A stretch of 64,000 nt of DNA from a virus: the IMG/VR virus record IMGVR_UViG_3300022213_000004; one strand, 5' to 3'. The notes under the pieces are model-generated. The model did not search any database, was not told the origin of the DNA, and worked only from the letters and a program-made list of their open reading frames with translations. Below, piece after piece: positions 1 to 8,417 of this stretch; the stretch's first letter is position 1, and every line of letters starts with the position of its first letter. Both the position numbers and the translations under genes were made by a program.

Positions 1-202
1 AAAAACTCAAACTCTGGATTTGATTGAAAGTATTGGTGATGCAGAACCATTCACTCGATCAAATGCTATCAAATACCTTTCTCGTTTTGGTAAGAAAAAT
101 GGAAAATCTAAACAGGATATTCTGAAAGCAATTCATTATTGTATTCTTCTGTATCATTTTGCTGGACTTCACAAGAACACAACTGGACAATATAACTATT
201 GA
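1..202 (+). CDS. DUF3310-like protein, 5'-truncated by the window edge
   Basis: Frame is open to the window start; NAIKYLSRFGKKNG...DILKAIHY motif. Confidence 0.6.
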   Translation, partial: KTQTLDLIESIGDAEPFTRSNAIKYLSRFGKKNGKSKQDILKAIHYCILLYHFAGLHKNTTGQYNY

Positions 203-215
203 TTATTATGAAAGA

Positions 216-252
216 TAATATTCTTCTAAATAATAATAGTTGAAGAATATTA
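216..252 (+). promoter_or_regulatory. Hairpin with late promoter TAAATA in its loop, abutting the HNH start codon
   Basis: taatattcttc (216-226) pairs with gaagaatatta (242-252); TAAATA at 227-232; ATG at 253. Confidence 0.65.
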
Positions 253-711
253 ATGCCAAAAAATCAATACAAAGATAAAACAACAAAAGAATATCAGCAG
301 GAATGGAAAGCCAAAAATAGAGAAAAACAGAGGCAACTTCAAAGAGACCATTATAATAAGAAAAAAGAGTATTTGCTTGAAAATGTTGGAAGTGTCTGTG
401 TATCTTGTGGTTCAACATCAAATATTGAATTTGATCACATTAGACCAAGAACATCTTCCGAAAAAGAGAAGCAAACTCGTCTCAGAACTGATAACACGGG
501 AGGAAACATAGTATGGAATAAAAGACCATCTGCTATGAGTTGGGAATGTATTAAAAAAGAAATTCCTGATTTACAACCTCTTTGTAGAGATTGTCACCGA
601 AAAAAATCCAACGCACAACTTGCTGCTGCTTGGGAACTTTTTTGCTCCTTAACTCTTAAGGAACAAACCAAACTTACAAATTTACAATATGGAAAAAATG
701 AAATTCTCTGA
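253..711 (+). CDS. HNH endonuclease (putative homing endonuclease)
   Basis: CxxC...EFDHIRP...LQPLCRDCH motifs. Confidence 0.85.
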   Translation: MPKNQYKDKTTKEYQQEWKAKNREKQRQLQRDHYNKKKEYLLENVGSVCVSCGSTSNIEFDHIRPRTSSEKEKQTRLRTDNTGGNIVWNKRPSAMSWECIKKEIPDLQPLCRDCHRKKSNAQLAAAWELFCSLTLKEQTKLTNLQYGKNEIL

Positions 712-1363
712 CAAAACACTTACGCTTCTGAAGAATTTTTCTTCTATTAATCAAAGTATTCTATTCAAAAAAGGAAATCACTTGCGTAGTATTAGTGTTA
801 TGAAAAACATTCTTGCAGAAGCGACTATTGAAGAAGAACTGCCTAAGGATTTTGGTATCTATGATTTGAACCAGTTTCTGAATGGTCTTAATCTTCATCA
901 AAATGCTGAACTGGATTTTCGGAATGATGGTTATGTAGTTATTAAAGAAGGTCGGTCTCGTTCCAAATACTTCTTCGCAGATCCAAATGTAATCGTTACT
1001 CCTCCAGATAAATCCATCTCGCTTCCTTCTGAAGACGTTTGTTTCATCCTTGATACCAAGGAACTTGATAAACTCCTTAAGGCTGCTGCTGTTTATCAAC
1101 TTCCTGACCTGTCTGTGGTTGGTGAAGCAGGTGTGGTGAAACTGGTGGTTCGTGATAAGAAGAATGATACATCGAACGATTTTTCTGTGGTAGTTGGTGA
1201 GACTGATGAAGTATTCACTTTTAACTTCAAGGTGGAGAACATCAAGATTATTCCTGGCAACTATGAGGTAGTGATCTCTTCTAAACTTTTGTCACGATTT
1301 AAGAATACTGGGTTTGACGTTACGTACTATATCGCGTTGGAACCGGACAGCACTTTTGGATGA
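689..1363 (+). CDS. gp45: Sliding clamp gp45 (start may be 698)
   Basis: MKFSDKTLTLLKNFSSINQSI...FGIYDLNQFL...YYIALEPDSTFG; position next to clamp loader genes. Confidence 0.95.
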   Translation: MEKMKFSDKTLTLLKNFSSINQSILFKKGNHLRSISVMKNILAEATIEEELPKDFGIYDLNQFLNGLNLHQNAELDFRNDGYVVIKEGRSRSKYFFADPNVIVTPPDKSISLPSEDVCFILDTKELDKLLKAAAVYQLPDLSVVGEAGVVKLVVRDKKNDTSNDFSVVVGETDEVFTFNFKVENIKIIPGNYEVVISSKLLSRFKNTGFDVTYYIALEPDSTFG

Positions 1364-1392
1364 TAAAATACTATTGAGTTGAGGAACCTCCC

Positions 1393-1908
1393 ATCAATAT
1401 CTTCGTTACTTCTCCCTTTCCTGCTGAGAGTGCCATCTGCCTCCCAGACAAGCACGTTGTCAAGATGCCCTTAGAGTGCTGTCAGATGCTCTCTATCGTG
1501 GCATCAGACAAGTGGGGACACGGGTACGGCACCCTCCCTAAGGCAGATGGAACCCCCTACAAGACCGAGAAAGGAGCATTCCGCAATCATCCCTGCACCA
1601 AGTGGGCACTGGAGAGTATCCATAATGCCTATTGGTTAATCAAGTGGGGATTGAACTTGTCTGATGAATACTGCCTGCGGTATAATAAAACTCACTCCTG
1701 TTATAAGACCCTTGTGGATGCATACTATTTGTTTCCCAAGGGTAAGATTACAGAAGTGACTCCATTTGCTCGTGCTATGCCTGAGGAATGGAAGTTTGAC
1801 GATACTATTGACACATTTGAAGCATACAAACGATACATTGCATCCAAACCCTGGGTTGCTGATAATTATCTTCGTATGCCGTCAAGACGACCCTCTTGGA
1901 TAATATAA
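1393..1908 (+). CDS. Pyrimidine-dimer DNA glycosylase-like protein; probable ATC start at 1393 (first ATG at 1465)
   Basis: In-frame NIFVTSPFPAESAICLPDKHVVKMPLECCQMLS...NHPCTKW; GAGG at 1381-1384; in-frame stop at 1375-1377. Confidence 0.7.
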   Translation: MNIFVTSPFPAESAICLPDKHVVKMPLECCQMLSIVASDKWGHGYGTLPKADGTPYKTEKGAFRNHPCTKWALESIHNAYWLIKWGLNLSDEYCLRYNKTHSCYKTLVDAYYLFPKGKITEVTPFARAMPEEWKFDDTIDTFEAYKRYIASKPWVADNYLRMPSRRPSWII

Positions 1909-1988
1909 ATAATGATGCCTGGTTTGTTCGCACTTTTCAGGTGGGAGAGTAGAAATGCTCTCCCTTATAAATACTAATGCGAACAAAC
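1904..1988 (+). promoter_or_regulatory. Endonuclease control cassette 1: late promoter, small hairpin RNA, terminator-like hairpin, late promoter, complementary leader
   Basis: TATAAATA at 1904 and 1966; gtttgttcgca (1922-1932) is complementary to tgcgaacaaac (1978-1988); hairpin 1943-1964. Confidence 0.7.
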
Positions 1989-2000
1989 AACAGAGCAGAG

Positions 2001-2579
2001 ATGTATTACACTTACGCCTATTTGCGTGAAGATGGAACTCCTTACTATATTGGTAAAGGTAAAGGAGACCGTGCATATAGAAAAGTTGGAAAACCTTGTG
2101 CTACTCCAAAAGATAAAAATAAAATAATACAACTCAAAACAAATCTTACAGAAGAAGAAGCATTCAATCACGAAAGATATATGATTTTTATCCTTGGTAG
2201 GAAAGATTTGGGAACTGGTATTTTATTAAACAAATCTGATGGTGGCGAAGGTAGAAGTGGATATGTTCCAACAGAAGAACTAAAAAGAAATCAAAGTAAG
2301 AGGATGAGTGGTGAAAATAATCCTATGTACGGTAAAAAAGGTGTTGAATGTCCTTGGTATGGGAGAAAACATAGTGAAGAAACAAAAAATAAAATTAGTA
2401 AATCTTTAACTGGCGAAAACCATAATTTTTATGGAAAAAAACATAAGCAAGAAACAAAAGAAAAAATGAGTGAAATTAAAAAAGGAGAAAAAAATAGTTT
2501 TTATGGAAGAAAACATACAGAAGAAAGTAGGAGAAAAATGAGGGAAGCAGCAAAACGAAGAAAAGAAAAAAGTTCTTGA
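2001..2579 (+). CDS. GIY-YIG-like homing endonuclease with NUMOD3 repeats
   Basis: YYTYAYLREDGTPYYIGKG; repeated GxKH(S/K/T)xE(T/S)(K/R)xK motifs. Confidence 0.85.
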   Translation: MYYTYAYLREDGTPYYIGKGKGDRAYRKVGKPCATPKDKNKIIQLKTNLTEEEAFNHERYMIFILGRKDLGTGILLNKSDGGEGRSGYVPTEELKRNQSKRMSGENNPMYGKKGVECPWYGRKHSEETKNKISKSLTGENHNFYGKKHKQETKEKMSEIKKGEKNSFYGRKHTEESRRKMREAAKRRKEKSS

Positions 2580-2624
2580 TTTTTGTTGATTGCCGTGATA
2601 AACTAAACACGATTACATTTTATT

Positions 2625-3242
2625 ATGAAAGACGTTGAAATTTTAAATGAAATTTTCACTGAAATGAATATTCTTCAGGAAGAATATAAACAAATAACAT
2701 ATTATTATGTTTATGCAATTTTTTTTCCAAATTGTAAATTTTACATAGGTTCTCGTCAATGTAACTGCATCCCCATTGAAGATAAAAAATACACTGGTTC
2801 TTATACGGATAAAAGTAATGGTGATGGTATAAAGGTCATTTTAAAAATTTTTTCCAATGAAAATGAAATGACTTTTTATGAGACAAATTTAATTCAAAAA
2901 TTTAAATCTTATTCAAATTGTATTAATGTAAATTCGTCCCCACGAGTTTGTAATAATAATAAGTTGAATAGTAAAGTTTTTAAAACAACGGATTTAATGC
3001 AAATATATGGGTATTCAAGTTCAACAACACTGTCTAATTGGTGTATAATTGCCGAAATTGATAGATTTAGACAAGGAAAATACTTTTATGTGAGTAATGA
3101 AGATAAATTAAAACTTGATGAGGTATCCAATTTTATTAAATCTGGATATACTTATGAGGATTACCTTAAAACTAAAGGTAAATCAAAGGAAGAAATTAAA
3201 AGCATTATTTCAAAGGTGAAAGGACTTAATTATGACAAGTGA
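2625..3242 (+). CDS. GIY-YIG-like endonuclease with C-terminal HTH-like region
   Basis: YYVYAIFFPNCKFYIGSR...YTGS...E...N. Confidence 0.6.
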   Translation: MKDVEILNEIFTEMNILQEEYKQITYYYVYAIFFPNCKFYIGSRQCNCIPIEDKKYTGSYTDKSNGDGIKVILKIFSNENEMTFYETNLIQKFKSYSNCINVNSSPRVCNNNKLNSKVFKTTDLMQIYGYSSSTTLSNWCIIAEIDRFRQGKYFYVSNEDKLKLDEVSNFIKSGYTYEDYLKTKGKSKEEIKSIISKVKGLNYDK

Positions 3243-3459
3243 ATTTCTTTTAAAGGCACAATTAGTTTGGGATGAGTTTTGTGGAGGACTTAAACAAGAA
3301 CCAACAGAGGATATGAAAGAAGCACTTTGCGAAAGTATCACAGAGATTATGGTTCAACTTACGCAATATCCAAATCCGCAAGATTCATATTATTCTATTA
3401 TTGATGTAAAGGAACTTTCTAAATTGAGAGATGAATTGGAGAAACTGGTGGATGAGTAA
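3232..3459 (+). CDS. Hypothetical protein; starts MTSEFL, like a cyanophage gp44 N-terminus
   Basis: ORF track; AAGGA upstream. Confidence 0.55.
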   Translation: MTSEFLLKAQLVWDEFCGGLKQEPTEDMKEALCESITEIMVQLTQYPNPQDSYYSIIDVKELSKLRDELEKLVDE

Positions 3460-3477
3460 TCTTGAATAAGTGTAAAT

Positions 3478-3525
3478 AACTCATTTACTAAATAGTATTA
3501 TACTACGAGGTTTAGTAAATGAGTT
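3478..3525 (+). promoter_or_regulatory. 15-bp hairpin occluding the endonuclease start codon, with TAAATA at the arm/loop junction
   Basis: aactcatttactaaa (3478-3492) pairs with tttagtaaatgagtt (3511-3525); ATG at 3519. Confidence 0.8.
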
Positions 3526-4052
3526 GCGTTTATCAAATAAGAAACAAAATAACAGGAGAAAATTACATAGGTTCTACTGAAAAGAATTATATGCTTAGGT
3601 TTGCTAAACATATAACTATGTGTAATAGTAATAAAATGGATTGTCCTAAACTTTATGAAAATTTTTTAAAGTATGGGTATCATAATTTTACTATTGAAGT
3701 CGTAAAGTGGATACACGAAGACGAAGACCTCAAAAAAGTAGAACAAGAATATTGTGAATGGTTAAACCCTTCTTTAAATTCTTTATGGGGAACAAAACAT
3801 ACCAAAGATTCTATTGATAAAATGCGTAAGTCGCAAAGAGAATATTGGTCTAAAAATTCTCATCCAAGAAAAGGAGTTCCTTTTACTGAGGAACATAAAA
3901 ATAATCTTTCAAAATCTATGGGTAAAAAGTGTTATGTTGATGGAGTAGTTTATGAATCTGTGAAAGAATGTGCTAAAATACTTGGTATCCATAGGGATAC
4001 TGCAAGTTGGAGAATGAGAAGTAAATCATTTCCAAATTACTATTACCTTTGA
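3519..4052 (+). CDS. GIY-YIG homing endonuclease (Seg-like, NUMOD3)
   Basis: CVYQIRNKITGENYIGST...R...H...E...N; GTKHTKDS and GVPFTEEHK motifs. Confidence 0.88.
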   Translation: MSCVYQIRNKITGENYIGSTEKNYMLRFAKHITMCNSNKMDCPKLYENFLKYGYHNFTIEVVKWIHEDEDLKKVEQEYCEWLNPSLNSLWGTKHTKDSIDKMRKSQREYWSKNSHPRKGVPFTEEHKNNLSKSMGKKCYVDGVVYESVKECAKILGIHRDTASWRMRSKSFPNYYYL

Positions 4053-4067
4053 TTTTTATTTTTTGAT

Positions 4068-5027
4068 ATGGAAATTACTGATACTAAACCATTCTTGTGG
4101 GTGGAAAAGTGGGCACCAGAATCTGTTGATGATTTGATTCTTACTAAAAGTGTAAAGGAGTTTTTCACTAATGTAGTAAGTGAAGGGCAACTGAATCAAA
4201 ATCTTATCTTACAAGGTTCTCAGGGTTGTGGTAAAACTCAAACTATTAAAACTCTCTGTAAGATTACAAAACAGGATGTTTTGTTTTTGAATGGTTCTTC
4301 TGAGGGTAGATATTTGGATACTATTCGCAATCAAGTCATTAATTTTGGAACTACTGTTTCTATGTTTAATGATAAGAAAAAGGTAGTGTTCTTTGATGAG
4401 TTTGATGGGACAACTAATGATGTAATGCTTTGTCTTCGTGGAGTAATTGAGCAACTTCACAATAATGTATGCTTCATTTTTACTTGTAATAATCTTAATA
4501 AAATTATTGAACCAATTCAATCAAGGTGTGTTGTTCTTAAATATACTCCCATTCCAAAGAATGAAAAACCTGAGTTGATGGTATCCATTTTCAATAGAAT
4601 GTCTCACATTCTTGACGAGGAAAATATTGAATATGATAAAAAAGTTGTAGCAGAACTCATCAAAAACTATTTTCCAGATACAAGGCAACTCCTCAATACT
4701 CTTCAACGATATTCTACAGGGGGAAAAATTGACACGGGCATTCTTGCATCTTTCTCAGACATCTCTGTAAATGAACTCATTAAAAATCTCAAGGATAAAA
4801 ACTTTCCTGAAGTCCGAAAGTGGGTGGTCTCCAACTTGGACAACGATGCTAGCAGTCTACTTCGCAGGATTTATGACGCCTGTTATGATTGCCTTTCACC
4901 CCAATCTATCCCCGCTGCCGTTCTTGTTATTGCTAAGTATCAATACCAATGTGCGTTCGTGGCTGACCAAGAAATAAATCTTCTTGCTGCTCTTACAGAA
5001 ATAATGATAGAATGTGAGTTTCGTTGA
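4068..5027 (+). CDS. gp44: Clamp loader large subunit gp44
   Basis: LWVEKW; Walker A GSQGCGKT; Walker B FFDEFD; SRC; ADQEINLLAALTEIM. Confidence 0.93.
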   Translation: MEITDTKPFLWVEKWAPESVDDLILTKSVKEFFTNVVSEGQLNQNLILQGSQGCGKTQTIKTLCKITKQDVLFLNGSSEGRYLDTIRNQVINFGTTVSMFNDKKKVVFFDEFDGTTNDVMLCLRGVIEQLHNNVCFIFTCNNLNKIIEPIQSRCVVLKYTPIPKNEKPELMVSIFNRMSHILDEENIEYDKKVVAELIKNYFPDTRQLLNTLQRYSTGGKIDTGILASFSDISVNELIKNLKDKNFPEVRKWVVSNLDNDASSLLRRIYDACYDCLSPQSIPAAVLVIAKYQYQCAFVADQEINLLAALTEIMIECEFR

Positions 5028-5038
5028 GGTAATTTAAA

Positions 5039-5332
5039 ATGAATGTAAAACTTATTCGTATGTGGTCTGGTGAAGATGTAATTGCCGACCTTGTTGGAGA
5101 TCTTACTGATAACATTGTAATCCGTAATCCTATTGTTGCCATTCCTACTGGAAATGGACAGATGGGATTTGCTCCTTGGTCTCCTCTTTTGAAGGAGAAA
5201 GGTGTGGATATAGAAGTAACTAAAAAATATGTTGTTTATATTTCTGAAGCACAAGAGCAGATTGTTGAACAATATGAGCAAATGTTTTCAGTAATTCAAA
5301 AACCATCTAAAAAGTTGATTGTATCGCAGTGA
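5039..5332 (+). CDS. Conserved T4-like cyanophage hypothetical protein
   Basis: MNVKLIRMWSGEDVIAD; GAGG ribosome-binding site. Confidence 0.75.
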   Translation: MNVKLIRMWSGEDVIADLVGDLTDNIVIRNPIVAIPTGNGQMGFAPWSPLLKEKGVDIEVTKKYVVYISEAQEQIVEQYEQMFSVIQKPSKKLIVSQ

Positions 5333-6177
5333 AATCACTAAAAACTGCCTTGCGCTACCCTGGAGGCAAGTCCCGTGCTTGCGCCAAGATGGACCCATAT
5401 TTTCCCGACCTTCGAAACTATGATGAGTTTCGTGAACCGTTTCTTGGTGGTGGAAGTGTTGCAATTCATATCACTAAGAAATATCCTTACCTAGATATTT
5501 GGGTGAATGATCTTTATGAACCTCTTGTGAACTTCTGGCAGCAGCTCCAGATGCTTGGTCCTGATCTAAAGGATAAACTGGTAGATCTTAAATCAATACA
5601 CAATAATCCAGCATCTGCAAAGGAACTGTTTCTCGCAAGTAAGGAGAAGGTCAATGACCAAAGTTTGCCCAGTCTTGATCGTGCTGTGGCTTTCTATGTT
5701 GTTAATAAGTGTTCTTTCAGTGGTCTCACAGAGAGTTCATCATTTTCAGAACAAGCATCCAATTCCAACTTCAGTTTGCGAGGGATCGAAAAACTGTCTG
5801 CGTATTCTGAATTAATCTCTAAGTGGCGCATAACTAATTATTCCTATGACTATCTAATGGATGGAAACAAAGGTGCTTTTATGTATCTCGATCCTCCTTA
5901 TGACATTAAGGATAATCTCTATGGGAATAGGGGATCAATGCACAAAGGATTTGATCACGATAAGTTTGCTGCTGACTGCGATGCTAACGATATGGATCAG
6001 TTAGTAAGTTATAACTCTAATCAACTTGTAAAAGATCGCTTTAAGAACTGGAACGCCGCTGAGTTTGATTTGACTTATACGATGCGTTCTGTGGGCGAAT
6101 ATATGCGTGAGCAAAAACAACGTAAAGAACTGCTACTGTTTAATTATGGAATTGAAGGATTGGTTGAACTCAATTAA
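5329..6177 (+). CDS. Dam-like DNA adenine methyltransferase
   Basis: LRYPGGKS, EPFLGGGS and YLDPPY motifs. Confidence 0.92.
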   Translation: MKSLKTALRYPGGKSRACAKMDPYFPDLRNYDEFREPFLGGGSVAIHITKKYPYLDIWVNDLYEPLVNFWQQLQMLGPDLKDKLVDLKSIHNNPASAKELFLASKEKVNDQSLPSLDRAVAFYVVNKCSFSGLTESSSFSEQASNSNFSLRGIEKLSAYSELISKWRITNYSYDYLMDGNKGAFMYLDPPYDIKDNLYGNRGSMHKGFDHDKFAADCDANDMDQLVSYNSNQLVKDRFKNWNAAEFDLTYTMRSVGEYMREQKQRKELLLFNYGIEGLVELN

Positions 6178-6514
6178 CTTTACAAAAGAAGATTTATCAG
6201 AAAATATAAAAAATTATTCTCCATATATTATAAATCGTTGTCTTTCGGGGCACATTGACTGCATTATGTATGCCAATGAAATGAATATTAATCATCACCT
6301 CGATAAAGATATGCAATATTCTTTTTTTCTAAATACTATAAGAAAAAGGAAGAGATTTTCTCCCTGGCTCCGTAAAGATGAAATCAAAGACTTAGAGTGT
6401 GTAAAACAATACTATGGTTATAGTAATGAAAAAGCATCTCAAGCACTTAAAATTTTGTCAAAAGAGCAAATCAACTTTATTAAAAAACGACTTGAAATTG
6501 GCGGAACAAAATGA
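6146..6514 (+). CDS. gp62: Clamp loader small subunit gp62
   Basis: LKDWLNSIN...YIINRCLS...RKRKRFSPW...YYGYSNEKA. Confidence 0.92.
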   Translation: MELKDWLNSINFTKEDLSENIKNYSPYIINRCLSGHIDCIMYANEMNINHHLDKDMQYSFFLNTIRKRKRFSPWLRKDEIKDLECVKQYYGYSNEKASQALKILSKEQINFIKKRLEIGGTK

Positions 6515-6951
6515 CAACTCAAACAATTGAACCTCAGGTAAATTGGTCGCAAGATCAAATGGTAGAAGTTATTCTCAACGAACCCGATGACTTCCTTAAA
6601 GTTCGAGAAACTCTAACTCGTATCGGGGTTGCATCCAGAAAGGAGAAAAAACTCTATCAGTCTTGCCATATTTTGCATAAGCAAGGTAGATACTACATTG
6701 TTCACTTTAAGGAACTATTTGCTTTGGATGGCAAACACGCTAATCTGACTGTGAATGATGTTCAACGCCGTAACCGTATTGTTCGTCTTCTTGCTGATTG
6801 GGGACTTATTACTGTAGTCAATCAAGATAAGGTTGCAGATATTGCTCCACTGAATCAAATCAAAGTTCTTGCATATAAGGATAAAGGTGATTGGATTTTG
6901 GAACAAAAATATAATATTGGTAAAAAAGGAAGAAATGTAGAGACTGAATAA
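6511..6951 (+). CDS. regA: Translational repressor RegA
   Basis: DDFLKVRETLTRIGVAS...LYQSCHILHKQGRYYIVHFKELFALDG. Confidence 0.97.
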   Translation: MTTQTIEPQVNWSQDQMVEVILNEPDDFLKVRETLTRIGVASRKEKKLYQSCHILHKQGRYYIVHFKELFALDGKHANLTVNDVQRRNRIVRLLADWGLITVVNQDKVADIAPLNQIKVLAYKDKGDWILEQKYNIGKKGRNVETE

Positions 6952-7109
6952 ATAGTTTTGTGCCATTCGTGCGGCACTCTACAAAAGTCGGAACACCCTA
7001 AAGAGAAGTTCGGTTTTTACCTTGCTTCTCTTTTTGCTTTATGGTTAAATAATAATGGATGCCTTCGGGATCCACACAAAACAAACTCGCTTTAAAAGGA
7101 GCTACTATA

Positions 7110-7544
7110 ATGACTAACCTAATGCGTTATACTGCTGCGGATCTTCCTGCTTTGATGGATAAGATCACAAAGAACAGTATCGGGATGGATGAATATTTTG
7201 ATCGACTGTTTAATCTTCACGAAACTTCAACAAATTATCCACCTTATAATCTTATTCATGTAAATAATGTTGAATCTCATTTAGAGATTGCATTGGCTGG
7301 ATTTAAAAAAGGAGAGGTTAATGTTTTCACCGAGTATGGAAAACTTTTTGTCGAAGGACAACGGGCAGATACCGAGACGGACAGGACGTTTATCCACAAG
7401 GGAGTGGCTAGCAGAAGTTTTAAACGAGCGTGGACTCTATCCGACGACACAGAAGTCAGGGATGTTGTATTCGAAGACGGACTTCTACGGATCGTACTTG
7501 GGAAAATAGTACCAGAGCATCATGCCCGTAAGGATTATCTTTAA
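7110..7544 (+). CDS. hsp20: Small heat shock protein Hsp20/IbpA
   Basis: NYPPYNL...EIALAGF...HKGVASRSF...EDGLLRI; AAGGAG ribosome-binding site. Confidence 0.93.
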   Translation: MTNLMRYTAADLPALMDKITKNSIGMDEYFDRLFNLHETSTNYPPYNLIHVNNVESHLEIALAGFKKGEVNVFTEYGKLFVEGQRADTETDRTFIHKGVASRSFKRAWTLSDDTEVRDVVFEDGLLRIVLGKIVPEHHARKDYL

Positions 7545-7557
7545 ATAAAAATAAAAA

Positions 7558-7734
7558 ATGAAATCTTTCGACGAGTTCAAAACAATTGCATATAGGGAAG
7601 CAATCCCACATACTGTTTATTCTCAAGGAAAACAAAAGCAAGTTCCAAAAGGAAAAGCAGTTCCCGTAAGAAGTCGTTCAAGTGCTGGTGGTAATGGAAA
7701 TGGTGATGGTGGTGGAGGAGACGGTGGAGAATAA
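7558..7734 (+). CDS. 58-aa protein with glycine-rich tail, not in the ORF track
   Basis: MKSFDEFKTIAYRE...AGGNGNGDGGGGDGGE; TAAATA upstream. Confidence 0.6.
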   Translation: MKSFDEFKTIAYREAIPHTVYSQGKQKQVPKGKAVPVRSRSSAGGNGNGDGGGGDGGE

Positions 7735-7839
7735 ATAGATTTGAATATCGTCGGTGTTATGCCATAGAGGAGTTCTGGCAAAATCCAGGTTGACTCCTCC
7801 TTTTTTTGTACTATAATAATAAGAGGTATGGAGTAAAAA

Positions 7840-8217
7840 ATGACTATTAAATTAATGCTTTTTAAATCTGGAGAAGATTTAATCGCGGATGTTGCAGAAA
7901 TGGTTGTTGGTGAAGATGAAGAAAGTAAAAGAACAGTCGGATATTTTCTCACTAAACCTTGTATAGTAAAGATGAGAAATCCAACCCAAGTTGAAGATGC
8001 TGAGAATAAAAAAACTGGATTTGAAGTTTCTCTTTTTCCTTGGATTCCCCTTTCTGCCGACGAAAAAATTCCAGTTCCTGCAGATTGGTTAGTTACTATG
8101 GTAGAGCCAACTGCAAAATTAAAAGAAATGTACGTTAAAGATGTTTTAGACTATGGAAAAGAAAACAATAAAGATCATAGCGTTGATGAACAACCTGATT
8201 CTGATAAGCAAGATTGA
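7840..8217 (+). CDS. Conserved cyanophage hypothetical protein
   Basis: MTIKLMLFKSGEDLIADV...PWIPLS; related to 5039-5332. Confidence 0.75.
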   Translation: MTIKLMLFKSGEDLIADVAEMVVGEDEESKRTVGYFLTKPCIVKMRNPTQVEDAENKKTGFEVSLFPWIPLSADEKIPVPADWLVTMVEPTAKLKEMYVKDVLDYGKENNKDHSVDEQPDSDKQD

Positions 8218-8416
8218 AGAGATTGGTGCCGATATTGGAGAACCTGACTGTAAGTTGGTTGATCCATTTGTGGTGAAAAGTGATCAAACTTTGGAACCAT
8301 TTCTTTGTGGGTACACGAAAGAAAAAACTTTTATGATGAGTTCGGATAAGATTCTGACACTTGCAGATCCAACTCCAACTCTACTTGAAAAATATGAGGA
8401 CCTGATTAAAGAATGA
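8153..8416 (+). CDS. Conserved cyanophage hypothetical protein
   Basis: ADIGEPDCKL...SSDKILTLADP; found upstream of gp43. Confidence 0.7.
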   Translation: MEKKTIKIIALMNNLILISKIEEIGADIGEPDCKLVDPFVVKSDQTLEPFLCGYTKEKTFMMSSDKILTLADPTPTLLEKYEDLIKE

Positions 8417-8417
8417 C

